From Heterodontus francisci (Eukaryota), in assembly GCF_036365525.1 (NCBI RefSeq), contig NC_090388.1:64133726-64197725 (forward strand): a stretch of 64,000 bases of DNA, in the 5' to 3' direction. Position numbers and translations under genes: made by a program. Below are positions 25,643 to 37,369 of this stretch, piece by piece. Positions within the stretch are counted from its first letter, which is position 1; each line of letters opens with the position of its first letter. The notes beneath the pieces were generated by a model, which was given only the letters and a program-made list of their open reading frames with translations, was not told where the DNA came from and ran no database searches.

Positions 25643-25780
25643 ATCAGAACTAAAGGCCATCGACCTGAAATGTTAACTCTATTTCCCACTTCGCAGATGC
25701 TGCCTGACCTGCTCAGTGTTTCCAGCATTTTCTGTTGTTGTTTGCACATTTCCAGCATCTGCAGTATTTTGCTTTTGCAG
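25643..25780 (+). mobile_element. Penelope pseudo-LTR remnant
   Basis: Homologous to 42590-42708 (gacctgaaa.gttaactct...cagatgctgcc.gacctgct...ttccagcatc.gcagtattttgcttttg). Confidence 0.7.
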
Positions 25781-25794
25781 TTTGTTCAAACAGC

Positions 25795-26555
25795 GAGGTA
25801 CAGTACTAGGGTCAGCCTTGGTGCGGCGATAGCATATCTGACTGAGTTAGAAGGGTGTGGGTTCAAGACCCTTTCCAGAGAATTGGCAGCATATTCCAGG
25901 CGGCACAGTGGCGCAGTGGTTAGCACCGCAGCCTCACAGCTCCAGTGACCCAGGTTCGGTTCTGGGTACTGCCTGTGCGGAGTTTACAAGTTCTCCCTAT
26001 AACCGTGTGGGTTTCCTCCCACATGCCAAAGACTTGTGGGCTGATAGGCCATTGTAAATTGCCCCTAGTGTAGGTAGGTGGTATGAGAATTGAGGGAAGG
26101 TGGGGATGTGAGAGGGAAATGGCATTAATGTAGGATTAGTATAAATGGGTAGTTGTTGGGCAGCGTGGACTCGTTGGGCCAAAGGGCCTGTTTCAGTGCT
26201 GTATCTCTCTATGACTCTAATTCAATGCAGCATTGAGGGAATGCTGCACAGTCAGAGGTGGCGTCTTTCAGCTGAGTCGCTAAACTGGTGGATATAAAAG
26301 ATCTCATGGCACTATTTGAAGAAGAGCTGAGAGTTCTCCCTGGTGACCTGGCTAATATCTATCCTTCTACCAACATTAGTAAAAAAATTATCATTTGTTT
26401 CATTCTGTTTGTGGCACCTTGCTGTGTGCAAATTGGCTGCCATATTTCCTACATTGCAACAGTGACTGCACTTCAAAAATATTTCATTGGCGTGTAGCAC
26501 TTCAGGAAATCCTGTGGTCATACAAGGTGTTATATAAATCTAAGTTCTTCCTTTC
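25795..26555 (+). mobile_element. DeuSINE-like copy interrupted by an HE1-like SINE (25899-26219)
   Basis: Decayed tRNA-like head (gggttcaagacc), Deu core resumes at ~26221, L2-like tail; nested V-SINE matches the other copies. Confidence 0.6.
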
Positions 26556-28600
26556 TTTCTCTGTCTGCCTCTCTTCTGCTTTTATCATGTTTAACCAGTA
26601 GAGTTGACAACAATAATTTCTAAGCTTACATCTTTAAAGTGGTTTGATACAATGGGGCAATTTTGACTTCAGGGAGAGAGTGTAATCAGTTCAAATGCCC
26701 AACATCCTCAACAAGGAGCCTCCTCTGCATAATGTCAGTGAGATGCCAGCACTGAACCGCTTGGGGTTGGGGCGGAAAGCAATCAGGGAGTGGAAGAGTG
26801 AGCACAGGCAGGCAGCGAGCCAGAAGATTTTTGTAGAGCCAGGAGGGGCAGGCATTCTGCTCCTGGTCCCATAAAAATCTGTTTTTTTTTTAAAAAGAGG
26901 AACTTACTTGTTTTTGGATTGACATGCAGTGGTGCCATAGTATGAATGGGAGGAGCTTGCACAGCACACATCCCACCCATTGGTCCCTCAAAATTGTGTG
27001 AGGGTCCTATGCAAATTATATACCCTAATCTGCAGATTACAAGTAGAATGCAGCATGAATCAGACAAGCACTTGGGTCACTCTTCTGAAGGCCTCAATGA
27101 AAATGCCAGTGGACGGATCAGCAGTAGGTGTGTTCAACTTAACAATTTTCGGAGCATTACTATCCCACACCTGCCCAGCGAAGGTCTTGAAAGTCAGCTC
27201 CAATCAGCAATAACATTAGAAGTGTGAGACTGTAAACTATTAAACAGCTCGGTTTACCATAGTAATTGAAAAGTAATCCCATTCCCCTGCTATCTCCCCA
27301 TAGCCCCATATCTTCATAATCTGAGCACATTATGGTTTTTGTCTTCAATTTTGGAACTGGCCAGGTAGATTACAATGGGTAATTTTTCTGTTCCTGCATT
27401 TCCCTATGTTCTGTGTTCCACAGCTCCAATTTTATTTTATACCTTCAGAGTAAGGTTCAGTCTTCAATCACACAGAAGGCAATTTATAATTTTGTCACTT
27501 CACTAGTGCCAGAAAAAAAGATGGCAACTATTTGCCTGGTATGTTAAGCACATCGCACTGCATGTACTGCACAGAACAGTTACAGCACATCCTGCACAAA
27601 CAGTTCATTCTTTGCTAATGCTGGCTAGAAATTAAATCCAATAATCTTAACAACTAGATAAACAAGTCAGTGGGAATTTATTAATCTCTGTATATCAAAC
27701 AATCATGGGTCAAAACTTTTACTCTTCAAAATACCAATCAAACATCCACCTTCATCAAAACTCAATAGCAGAATTGCCTCCATTTCTAGGTAAAGCAGTT
27801 TGATACCAATGTATTGTATGTCGGACTTCTCTTCAGCCAAGTTATTGAATTTCCAAGGACTTTGTTGCTCATAAACTAGGCTTGAAGAGCAGGAGACAGA
27901 GAAACTGTTCTGACAATACTAACAGTTTATTAAAATAAAACTAACCCCAGGAACTTCACAAGAAATTTTCAGTAATGGACATAAGACTGAGACAAGATCT
28001 TGGAGATGTAAGTGATAAAATACCCTAAACACTCTAACTGGTCACAAACCACTGACAAGATTTGCATTTGTGTTGACTTCTAAAACCTCTGTTGATACAC
28101 AGCCATACATCTCTATCACTTCCTTCCCTCGATTGCCTCAGCGCTTTCAAACTGTGTGGGCAACATTATGTCCTGGATGAGTCCCAACTTCCTCCAGCTC
28201 CATACTGAGAAGACCACAGCTATCAACTTCACCTCCTCATCATAAACTCTGCCACTGATTTCATCTCCTTCCTGGTTACTGTCAGGTTGAACCAGACCAC
28301 TTGCAATTGGCATCCTGTTTAGCTCTGAATGCAGCTTTGAATCCCACATACTATCATCAAGACCATTTACCTCCATTTCTATAATATTGCCTGCTTCCAC
28401 TGAAACTATTAAACATGGCTTTGCCACTCCAGGATGAACAACTCCACTTTCTTGCCAACCTCTCTTCCTAAACTCCAATTTGTACAAAACTCTGCCACAA
28501 ATATCCTATCCTGCACGAAGTCCTGCTCTCCCATCACTCTGTCATTGCTGATCTGTTATGGCTCATCATCTACATATGCATTAAATTCAAAAACGTAGCC

Positions 28601-31512
28601 TTTTTTTTATTCATTCATGGGATGTGGGCTTCGCTGGCCAGGCCAGCATTGATTGCCCATCCCTAATTGCCCTAGGGAAGGTGGTGGTGAGCTGCCTTCT
28701 TGAACCGCTGCAGTCCATTTGGGGTAGGTATCTTCCAGTTGGTATATAGGCTAAGGGAGTAAACCCTAACAGAAAATCCGGAGCGGAACCCCGTAGGCGG
28801 TCATGTGTCACCTTTGGCATGTTTCCGGCAGTTCCTGCAGCCATACTGGTGCCAAACGTCGTGTCCTGCACTCCTTTGGACCCCACCAGAAAGGCCGAGA
28901 GGGGGGTTTTGACGACTGGGCAACTCTCAACCTCCATAAATTTGCCCAGGCATGCGCCATGGAGAGGTCACTCCATAATCACTGGCCACCTCCAGGCGCG
29001 TATCCATTGTCTCTCGAGATAAGGAGGCCCAAAAGGAAAAGGAAAGGATACCCACAGTGCTGTTACGAAGGGAGTTCCAGGATTTTGACCCAGGGACAGT
29101 GAGGGAAAGGCGATATAGTTCCAAGTCAGGATGGTGTGTGACTTGGAGGGGAACTTGCAGGTGGTGGTGTTCCCATGTATGTGCTGCCCTTGTCCTTCTA
29201 GTTGGTAGAGGTCGCGGGTTTGGAAGGTGCTGTATGAGGAGCCTTGGTGCATTGCTGCAGTGCATCTTGTAGATGGTACACACTGCTGCCACTGTGCGTC
29301 GATGGTGGAGGGAGCGAATGTTTGTAGATGGGGTGCCAATCAAGTGGGCTGCTTTGTCCTGGATGGTGTCGAGCTTCTTGAGTGTTGTTGGAGCTGCACC
29401 CATCCAGGCAAGTGGAGAGTATTCCATCACACTCCTGACTTGGGCCTTGTAGATGGTGGACAGGCTTTGGGGAGTCAGTAGGTGAGTTACTCGCCGCAGG
29501 ATTCCTAGCCTCTGACCTGCTCTTGTAGCCACAGTATTTATATGGCTACTCCAGTTCAGCTTCTGGTCAATGGTAGCCCCTAGGATGTTGATAGTGGGGG
29601 ATTCAGCGATGGTAATGCTGTTGAATGTCAAGGGAGATGGTTAGATTCTCTCTTGTTGGAGATGGTCATTGCCTGGCACTTGTGTGGCGCGAATGTTACT
29701 TGCCACTTATCAGCCCAAGCCTGGATATTGTCCAGGTCTTGCTGCATTTCTACACAGACTGCTTCAGTATCTGAGGAGTCACAAATGGTGCTGAACATTG
29801 TGCAATCATCAGCGAACATCCCCCCTTCTGACCTTATAATTGAAGGAAGGTCATTGATGAAGCAGCTGAAGATGGTTGGGCCCAGGACACGACTCTGAGG
29901 AACTCCTGCAGTGATGTCCTGGAGCTCAGATGATTGACCTCCAACAACCACAACCATCTTCCTTTGCGCTAGGTATGACTCCAGCCAGCGGAGGGTTTTC
30001 CCCCGGATTCCAATTGACCTCAGTTTTGCTAGGGCTCCTTGATGCCATACTCGGTCAAATGCTGCCTTGATGTCAAGGGCAGTCGCTCTCACCTCACATC
30101 TTGAGTTGAGCTCTTTTGTCCATGTTTGAACCAAGGCTGTAATGAGGTCAGGAGCTGAGTGGCCCTGGCGGAACCCAAACTGAGCGTCACTGAGCAGGTT
30201 ATTGTTAAGCAAGTGCCGCTTGATGGCACTGTTGATGACACCTTCCATCACTTTACTGATGATTGAGAGTAGACTGATGGGGCGGTAATTGGCCGGGTTG
30301 GATTTGTCCTGCTTTTTGTGTACAGGACATACCTGGGCAATTTTCCACATTGCAGGGTAGATGCCAGTGTTGTAGCTGTACTGGAACAGCTTGGCTCGGG
30401 GTGCGGCAAGTTCTGGAGCACAAGTCTTCAGTACTATTGTCGGAATATTGTCCGGGCCCATAGCTTTTGCAGTATCCAGTGTCTTTAGTCGTTTCTTGAT
30501 ATCACGCAAAGTGAATCGAATTGGCTGAAGTCTGGCATCTGTGATGTTGGGGACTTCAGGAGGAGGCCGAGATGGATCATCAACTCGGCACTTCTGGCTG
30601 AAGATTGTTGCAAATGCTTCAGATTTATCTTTCGCACCGATGTGCTGGGCTCCCCCATCATTGAGGATGGGGATATTTGTGGAGCCACCTCCTCCAGTTA
30701 GTTGTTTAATTGTCCACCACCATTCACGGCTGGATCTGGCAGGACTGCAGAGCTTCGATTTGATCCATTGGTTATGGGATCGCTTAGCTCTGTCTATCGC
30801 ATGCTGCTTACGCAGTTTGGCCCGCAGATAGTCCTGTGTTGTAGCTTCACCAGGTTGACACCTCATTTTGAGGTATGCCTGGTGCTGCTCCTGGCATGCC
30901 CTCCTGCACTCTTCATTGAGCCAGGGTTGGTCTCCTGGCTTGATGGTAATGGTAGAGTGGGGGATATGCCGGGCCATGAGGTTACAGATTGTGGTTGAGT
31001 ACAATTCTGCTGCTGATGACCCACAGCGCCTCATGGATGCCCAGTTTTGCATTGCTAGATCTGTTCGAAATCTATCCCATTTAACACGGTGATAGTGCCA
31101 CACAACACGATGGACGGTATCCTCAATGTGAAGGCGGGGACTTCGTCTCCACAAGGACTGTGCGGTGGTCACTCCTACCAATATTGTCATGGACAGAGGC
31201 ATTTGCAGCAGGCAGATTGGTGAGGACAAGGTCAAGTATGTTTTTCCCTCGTGTTGGTTCCCCCACCACCTGCCGCAGCCCCAGTCTAGCAGCTATGTCC
31301 TTTAGGACTCGGCCAGCTCGGCCAGTAGTGGTGCTACCGAGCCACTCTTGGTGATGGACATTGAAGTCCCCCACCCAGAGTACATTTTGTGCCCTTGCCA
31401 CCCTCAGTGCTTCCTCCAAGTGGTGTTCAACATGGTGGAGTACTGAGTCATCAGCTGAGGGAGGGCGGTAGGTGGTAATCAGTTGGAGGTTACCTTGCCC
31501 ATGTTTGATCTG
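28601..31512 (-). mobile_element. CR1/L2-group LINE, 5'-truncated, frameshifted; same family as 55332-58605
   Basis: APE motifs YRPP, GDFNVHH, LDLVLTN, SDH; RT motifs NYRPISLL, QFGFR, LDIKAAFD, MFADD; 3' end ...cccatgaatgaat plus A tract. Confidence 0.9.
28731..29047 (+). mobile_element. Short non-autonomous RTE-derived element
   Basis: 28986-29035 is identical to the RTE 3' UTR at 14260-14309; sits inside the LINE 3' region and is absent from the paralogous copy (~55455-55470). Confidence 0.8.
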
Positions 31513-32419
31513 GTCTATAAATCCTCCCAAGCCAATCGCTGCAATTTCCTCTAGCCCTATATATCTCCCTGAGCAGTCCATTCCTCCAATTCTTCCTATC
31601 ATCATTAGCAGAACTTTAAGTTGCCATGGCCTATTCTCTGGAGCTCCTACTCTAAACCTCTTTCTCCACCTTCAAAAACCATCTGTTGGACCAAGCTTTC
31701 ACTCGCCCCTTCTGCGCCAGTGTCCATTTTGCAGGTCTATCTGTGAAGTGCCTAGAGATGTTCTTTGGTTCAAAAGGTTCTATAAATGCAAGTTGTTCAT
31801 GGTGCTGAAGTCAATAATGACGGGACAGAATCAAGAGGAATCTTGACCTCTACTATCATAGATGTTGTGAGAATATTCTACAATTAGAAATAAAAATATC
31901 ACTATTTCAGTAATCAGACAGTGATTGGAACATTGTATTACTGCTGCCAGTTGTAATACTGAAGGCCAAGAACAACTGGATGATATCAATTATGTGCTGG
32001 GGGAGGGGATCAGCTGTTTTACAATAGTGTGAATGAGGCTGTATTCATTGTCCCAGACTACCATAGAATGTAGACAGTCTACTGTTTACCTAAACCTGAA
32101 AGTGAGCAGCACAAGGTGGTGCATAAGCATCAAGAACAGAATCTTACAGAGGAGGGCCCCAAAGCACAAGCCCTTCAATGGTTTTGAAGAGGCAGCAGTC
32201 AGGCTACTTTGCACAGAAAAGGTGTAGAAGGGATGAGGTATAGCAAACTTGCAGCATCTTCCAAGCTGAGGAATAAGACCATTTTTATCATGCTCTTTAT
32301 AGGAACATTCGGCCCCTTGAACCTGCTCTGCCATTCAACTAGTTTATGGTTGATCTTCTACCTCAATGCCATTTTCACACACTATCCTCATATCCCTGGA
32401 TATCTTTAATATCTAGACA

Positions 32420-33130
32420 ATGCTGAAGAGAAGCAGGTAGCCAGAGCAACCACCTCTATGGGCTGCATTCATCCGGGACCTTTGGATTGTGGCCAGGTCT
32501 AGAAGCAGCCCACGAGGAGATCCTCAGTAAACATCAGGAATGTAGGACTGAAGTGGAGCCTGAAGTTGAGGAGCAGCCCCTCTAAATGATGAAACGAGAG
32601 CTGCAAACTTTCACACTTGGTGAAAATGTGAATGACAGACTCAACCAGGCCGCAGAAGTTATACCTGGCCTGGAAGTTTGTGAAATGACTTGAAAACCTG
32701 TTTGCAACACCTCAGATCCCCATTGGTGCAGGGGTGGACTCCCAAGTGGAAAGTGTCCTCTGGGGACCCCGAGCTCCTTTCCACTGGACGGTGTGATGAT
32801 ACGCCATGGTAAGTCTGGATGGAAAATGAAGGCGAGGGAGTGGGCAGTGTCCAGGAAACAGCTTTGTGTAGTGCAGAATGGATTGTAGGGTATTTCTGAG
32901 AGACAGCTGAAGTTGTGAGGTGGAGATTCCTGCAGTGGGATTTGAGGCGTTGTGCCAGGGAGAAATTTTTTCAGTCAATTGTGGGTAAGGTCAGGTGTGA
33001 CCGATCCTGAGGCTCCTATCTTCATCTGGTGTAATTAGGGCTGAGTGATTTTTTTGCACCTGGACGGATTTGGTCATGGTAGTGACAACATGCAGAGGGC
33101 ATCTCCCTCCTCCCCTTCCCCTGCCTGGGT
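32420..33130 (-). mobile_element. Older degenerate Tx1-like fragment
   Basis: 32490-32590 aligns with 2506-2633 (gccagg..aggagatcctc...ggactgaagt...ttgaggagcagcccct). Confidence 0.55.
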
Positions 33131-33999
33131 TGGCATGGTGGGATAATATTCTTTATTCACACAAGCAATACACTCACCCATTTACTGCCACCACCAACAT
33201 CACTAAAACAAATTATCTGGATTTTAACTCATTGCTGTTTGTGGGAGCTTGCGGTGTGTGTATTGGCTGCCACTCCTACGTTATAACAGTGACAACACCT
33301 TATGCAAAATGCTTTGGCGTGCCCGGAGGTTGTGAAAGGTTTGAAATAATTGTAAGGTTATTTTTCTCTTTACATAACCAAGCACCAGATCAAACATCAC
33401 CCCTACCCCACCCGGGAATTTGAAGAGTGGCAGTGGTCCCCAAAAGTGGGTAGGATCCAGAAGCCCATGCAGCTACCAACTTGGCACATGCAATAACTTA
33501 AGACCCAGAACAAGGGAGTCGAGGACCGTCTCAGACCCATGTGGTTCCAACTGGCACTCAGCACACATTCACTTCAGCGACTGGATGGAGCTTGCAGGAA
33601 ACCGGAGCACACAACTCGTAGTTTCACTAAAGGGAAGCAGGGTGATACACCGGATAAAACCAACTTGCACTTACACAGCAGCTTCACAAGAGCATTATTA
33701 AACAAAACTTGACAGTGAACTGCGTAAGGAGATAGTAGCGCAGCGACCAAAAGCATGGTTCAAATAGCAAGTTTTAAGAAGCATTTTAAAAGGGAGAGAA
33801 AGGCAGCAAGTAAAAAGTTCCCTCACTCCTTTATAAAAGTTACGATCGCCAAATATTCCCTTATGCTTATTGTTTTCATGCAGAACCCGACATATGCAAA
33901 AAGCCTAAAAGATATCACGGGTTTCTTTAAAAGAACACATCATATACAGGAAATGAAAACATGTTTAAGGAAACGGTTTCCCATCCTGTGAAATGACTG

Positions 34000-34570
34000 G
34001 AAGCACAGATTCTAAATATAGAGGCACTGACGCCAAGCGAAGCTTTAAAGGGCTCGGGCTGCGAGACCAGCACACGCTCCTTAAAATGACTGCGCCATTT
34101 GCCTGGAGATTGCCCATTTAACAACAGTCGCTGCCGCTCTGTGCGATGGGGGGACGGTCGGGTTGGTTATTTATGGCGAATGCTTTAGAACAGGCCTGAA
34201 AATCACACATGATGTTCCCCTCGAAGAGGTGAATCACTTTGTACTCCGATCGCGCACGGTTAAACATTGTAAAAGGGGGGCGGGGGGAAAGAGGCAATGA
34301 AAGCTCAACTAAAGTCCTGGGTCTTGGTAACAAACACTCACCTCGGCTATTGAGCAGGGCCGGAAGAGGAACCCGAAAGTTTGGAAGGGCAGGATTGGGA
34401 ATGAAGGGCTATTTCCAGAGCGATGTGAAACGGACTCCTGTCCTGCAGCCAGCCAATGGCGCGTCAGAGCAATGCACTGCCTCCTTAATAATAGACACAC
34501 ATTGACTGGCGTGTCACTAGGAAATCCCAACGCAGTAGAGGTGGGTAAACCCTGGGAGCTCGGCTTATTG
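34000..34570 (-). promoter_or_regulatory. CpG-enriched candidate AASS promoter
   Basis: Locally high CpG density, AGCCAATGGC CCAAT box at 34451-34460, CCGGAAG ETS-type site at 34360-34366. Confidence 0.5.
34342..34430 (-). other. AASS: Candidate non-coding exon 1 of AASS (5' boundary unknown)
   Basis: Near-consensus donor GAG|GTGAGT at 34342/34341 in CpG-enriched sequence with no recognisable repeat; the first coding exon has an acceptor 8 nt before the ATG, implying an upstream exon. Confidence 0.55.
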
Positions 34571-35129
34571 AATCGCTTACTTCAATAGATTACTTTTTTT
34601 TTTAAACACTGTTTCTCTTTCTCCACAGATGCTGCCTGACCTGCCAAGAGTTTTCCAGCGTTTTCTGTTTCTATTTCACATTTCCAATATCCGGAGGGTT
34701 TTTTTTTGTGTGCAGCACAGAAATAGGGTATTCCGCCCAACTGCTGTATACCGGGGCTGCTGCTCCCTAGAAGCCTCCACTAATCCCTCTCTATCTGACC
34801 CCATCAGTGTATTTCCATTCCTTTCCCCCTCCTGAGTTTATCAAGCTTCCCCTTAAATGTATCTATTTAGCGGTCATAACATTTTTTAAATTTGTTAAAC
34901 TGCTAAGAATACTTTTCTGCTCGGAAGGGGAAATCCTGTTTCCTTGCCAATATCCCAGCCCAGTTCCTTTTGTATAGATATAATCCAGGTTTATCAATTT
35001 CCTTATATGGTGATCCTACATCCTGGTACTTGTAGCAAAAGTTATTAAAATAGGAATAGAAACAGTTAAAATATACCGGTAGTTGAGTTTGGATTTTATT
35101 CCCTACATTGCAACCATGATTTCATTTCA

Positions 35130-36070
35130 ACATCAGCTTGCATTTAAAAAGTATCTTCACCAAGGAGGAGTATTATCAAAGCAATATTTGATACTGAACC
35201 ACATAAGGAGATGTTAGGACAGATGACTAAAAACTTGGTCAAAGAGGTAGATTTTAAGCAGCATCTTAAAGGAGGAAAGAGCAGGAGAGGATTCCAGAAC
35301 TTGGGTCCTTGGTGCCTGAAGGTACGGGAATGCACAATAAGCCACCGATCTTGGAAGGTTGTGTGGCTGGAGGAGATTATAGCGGTATGGAGGGGTGAGG
35401 CTGTAGAGGAATTTGAAAACAAGGATAAGAATTTTAAAAATATAACCGGCTACCAGTGTAGGCCAGCAAGCACAGGAGTGATAGGTGAACAGGACTTGAT
35501 GCAAGTTAGGACACGAGCACCAGTGTTTTGGATGACCTCAAGTTTACTAAGGGTAGAACGAAGGAGGCCGGCCAGGAGTGAATTGGGATAGTCGAGTCTC
35601 GAGATGACAAAGACACGGAGGAGGGTTTCAGCAGCAGAATAGCTGAGGCAGGGGCGGAGTGGGGTGATGTTACAGAGGTGGAAGTAGGCAGTCTCAATGG
35701 TGGCATGAATATCTGGTCGGAAGCTCTTCTCGGGGTCAAATATAACACCAAGGTTGTGAGCAACCTGGTTCAGCCTAAAAGATAGTTACCAGTGATAAAT
35801 GAATTGAGAGCTTTTTCCAGAAGTGGACACTGAAGGGAGTAGGGTTGGGAGGGGGATAGGGGATGGGAGTTGAAAGTGATACAAGGAAATGATCAGAGAT
35901 GGCCTTAACTGTGATTGATATTATGGGGATAGCAAGGTGATTTGAGATGGCAATGTTAAGGAGTTGGCTGTGGATAGGAGTTGAGGAGATTACATGGAGG
36001 GTGACAGTAAGGGAGGATAAGAGAGCAGTGAACTCGGAGGAGAGACAGCATGATGAATTGAGATGGTCTG
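35130..36070 (-). mobile_element. L2 LINE 3' fragment
   Basis: Minus-strand peptides FKILILVFK and FKMLLKIYLFDQVF; homologous to 42950-43630. Confidence 0.7.
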
Positions 36071-36193
36071 ATGCTCTGAATTGCTAAACATAGCTTTCTG
36101 TGGCAAGTTCAATGGGCAAGTCATGCGCAAATCCAGCAAGTTCTTAAAAATACGAGGGAGGCCAAGGGCAAGAGGACATATGTATGAAACAAC

Positions 36194-36587
36194 TGTTACG
36201 GCCAAGTGGTGTGACATGGGTGGTTGTCAATGTTCAGCACCACACCTGACCACTACAAGTGTATTTGTGTTAAAGTTTAGCCCCGCAGTGTTTTATTTTT
36301 CAAATAACCAGACAGTGACAGGTTTTCGTGTAGATTTTAAACAGAGTCAATTGTTTATTGATCAATAAGTCTTATCCGGAAATTGTCGCAACCACATCCA
36401 CTCACGCATTCGCTCGCACACACAGACACAAATGATGAAACAAATAGAGAAGGGAAAGAGGAAGGTTACAATAAACCTGTTGAATTCTCTTGAGACTCAA
36501 GTTCTAAAGTGAAATGATTGTAGATTTCTCCATTGATTGAAGCTTCTGTTGAAGATGGTGGGTCTGCTGTATAATGTAGATGCCGGA

Positions 36588-36622
<35 letters not shown>

Positions 36623-36848
36623 GTATAAGATGGGTTTCATCAACACCTTTTGGTTTTGAAGATTTGTCCTTTGTCTTTGTCAGACTGTTTGGGTATACAA
36701 AATGCTAATCTTTTCCTTCAGTGGCCATTTTAGACCATTGTTCACTTTATTTTAAAAAGTTTTTCTTTAAAGACAAAGTCTGTTTTCTCATAACTCTTCA
36801 GAGTTAGTCAGTGAAGGTTGCATCATCGTGCTTGCAATGTGCGTGACA
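36194..36848 (-). mobile_element. Solo LTR with 4-bp TSD
   Basis: Minus strand reads TGTCACG...GGCCGTAACA; CAAC at 36190-36193 and 36849-36852; internal (TC)n at ~36592-36621. Confidence 0.75.
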
Positions 36849-37369
36849 CAACAGAGCAAGATAAAATTAACTCAAAGTTCTAGAATTTCTCAATTCTTGG
36901 CATATTTTTTAATCCCGTGAGCTTGCAGGCTGATTTGCACATGAATAACAGTGGTCAGGATTTTATGGGGCCCCCCGAGGCAGGATCGGAGGTGGGGGAC
37001 ATTGGAGAATCGTGGTGGGACAGAGAGCCTGTCGCCTCCCCGTCACCCAGCGATCTTCCTGGGGGTGGGATCAGCCGATGATGGCCTTTTTGCCAAGAGG
37101 CATATTCAGGCCCTTACGTGGCTAATTAAGGGTCTCTTCCGGTCATCACTGAGTGGGGTTGCTCCTGCATGGGCAACATGTGGCCTTCGATGGACCACTA
37201 CTGAGAACCAATTCACCCCTGGCAACCCGCCTCTCCTGGACTGCAAGACCACCCTGCCTCACCAGGGCTTTCCAGACTGGTCCCAGTGACCCCGCCTCAC
37301 CTACCACTCCGGGGTTCCAGCACTGGGCCTGGGTCCAAGGGCTCTTTGTAAGGCTCTTTTTTTTTTAAT

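Larger units (their letters stand above)
28110..31795 (+). mobile_element. Old L2 LINE fragment (28110-28600 and 31513-31795) split by a younger LINE
   Basis: Degenerate L2 ORF2 3' sequence similar to 42950-43630; tail aaaggttctataaatgcaagttgtt. Confidence 0.55.
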
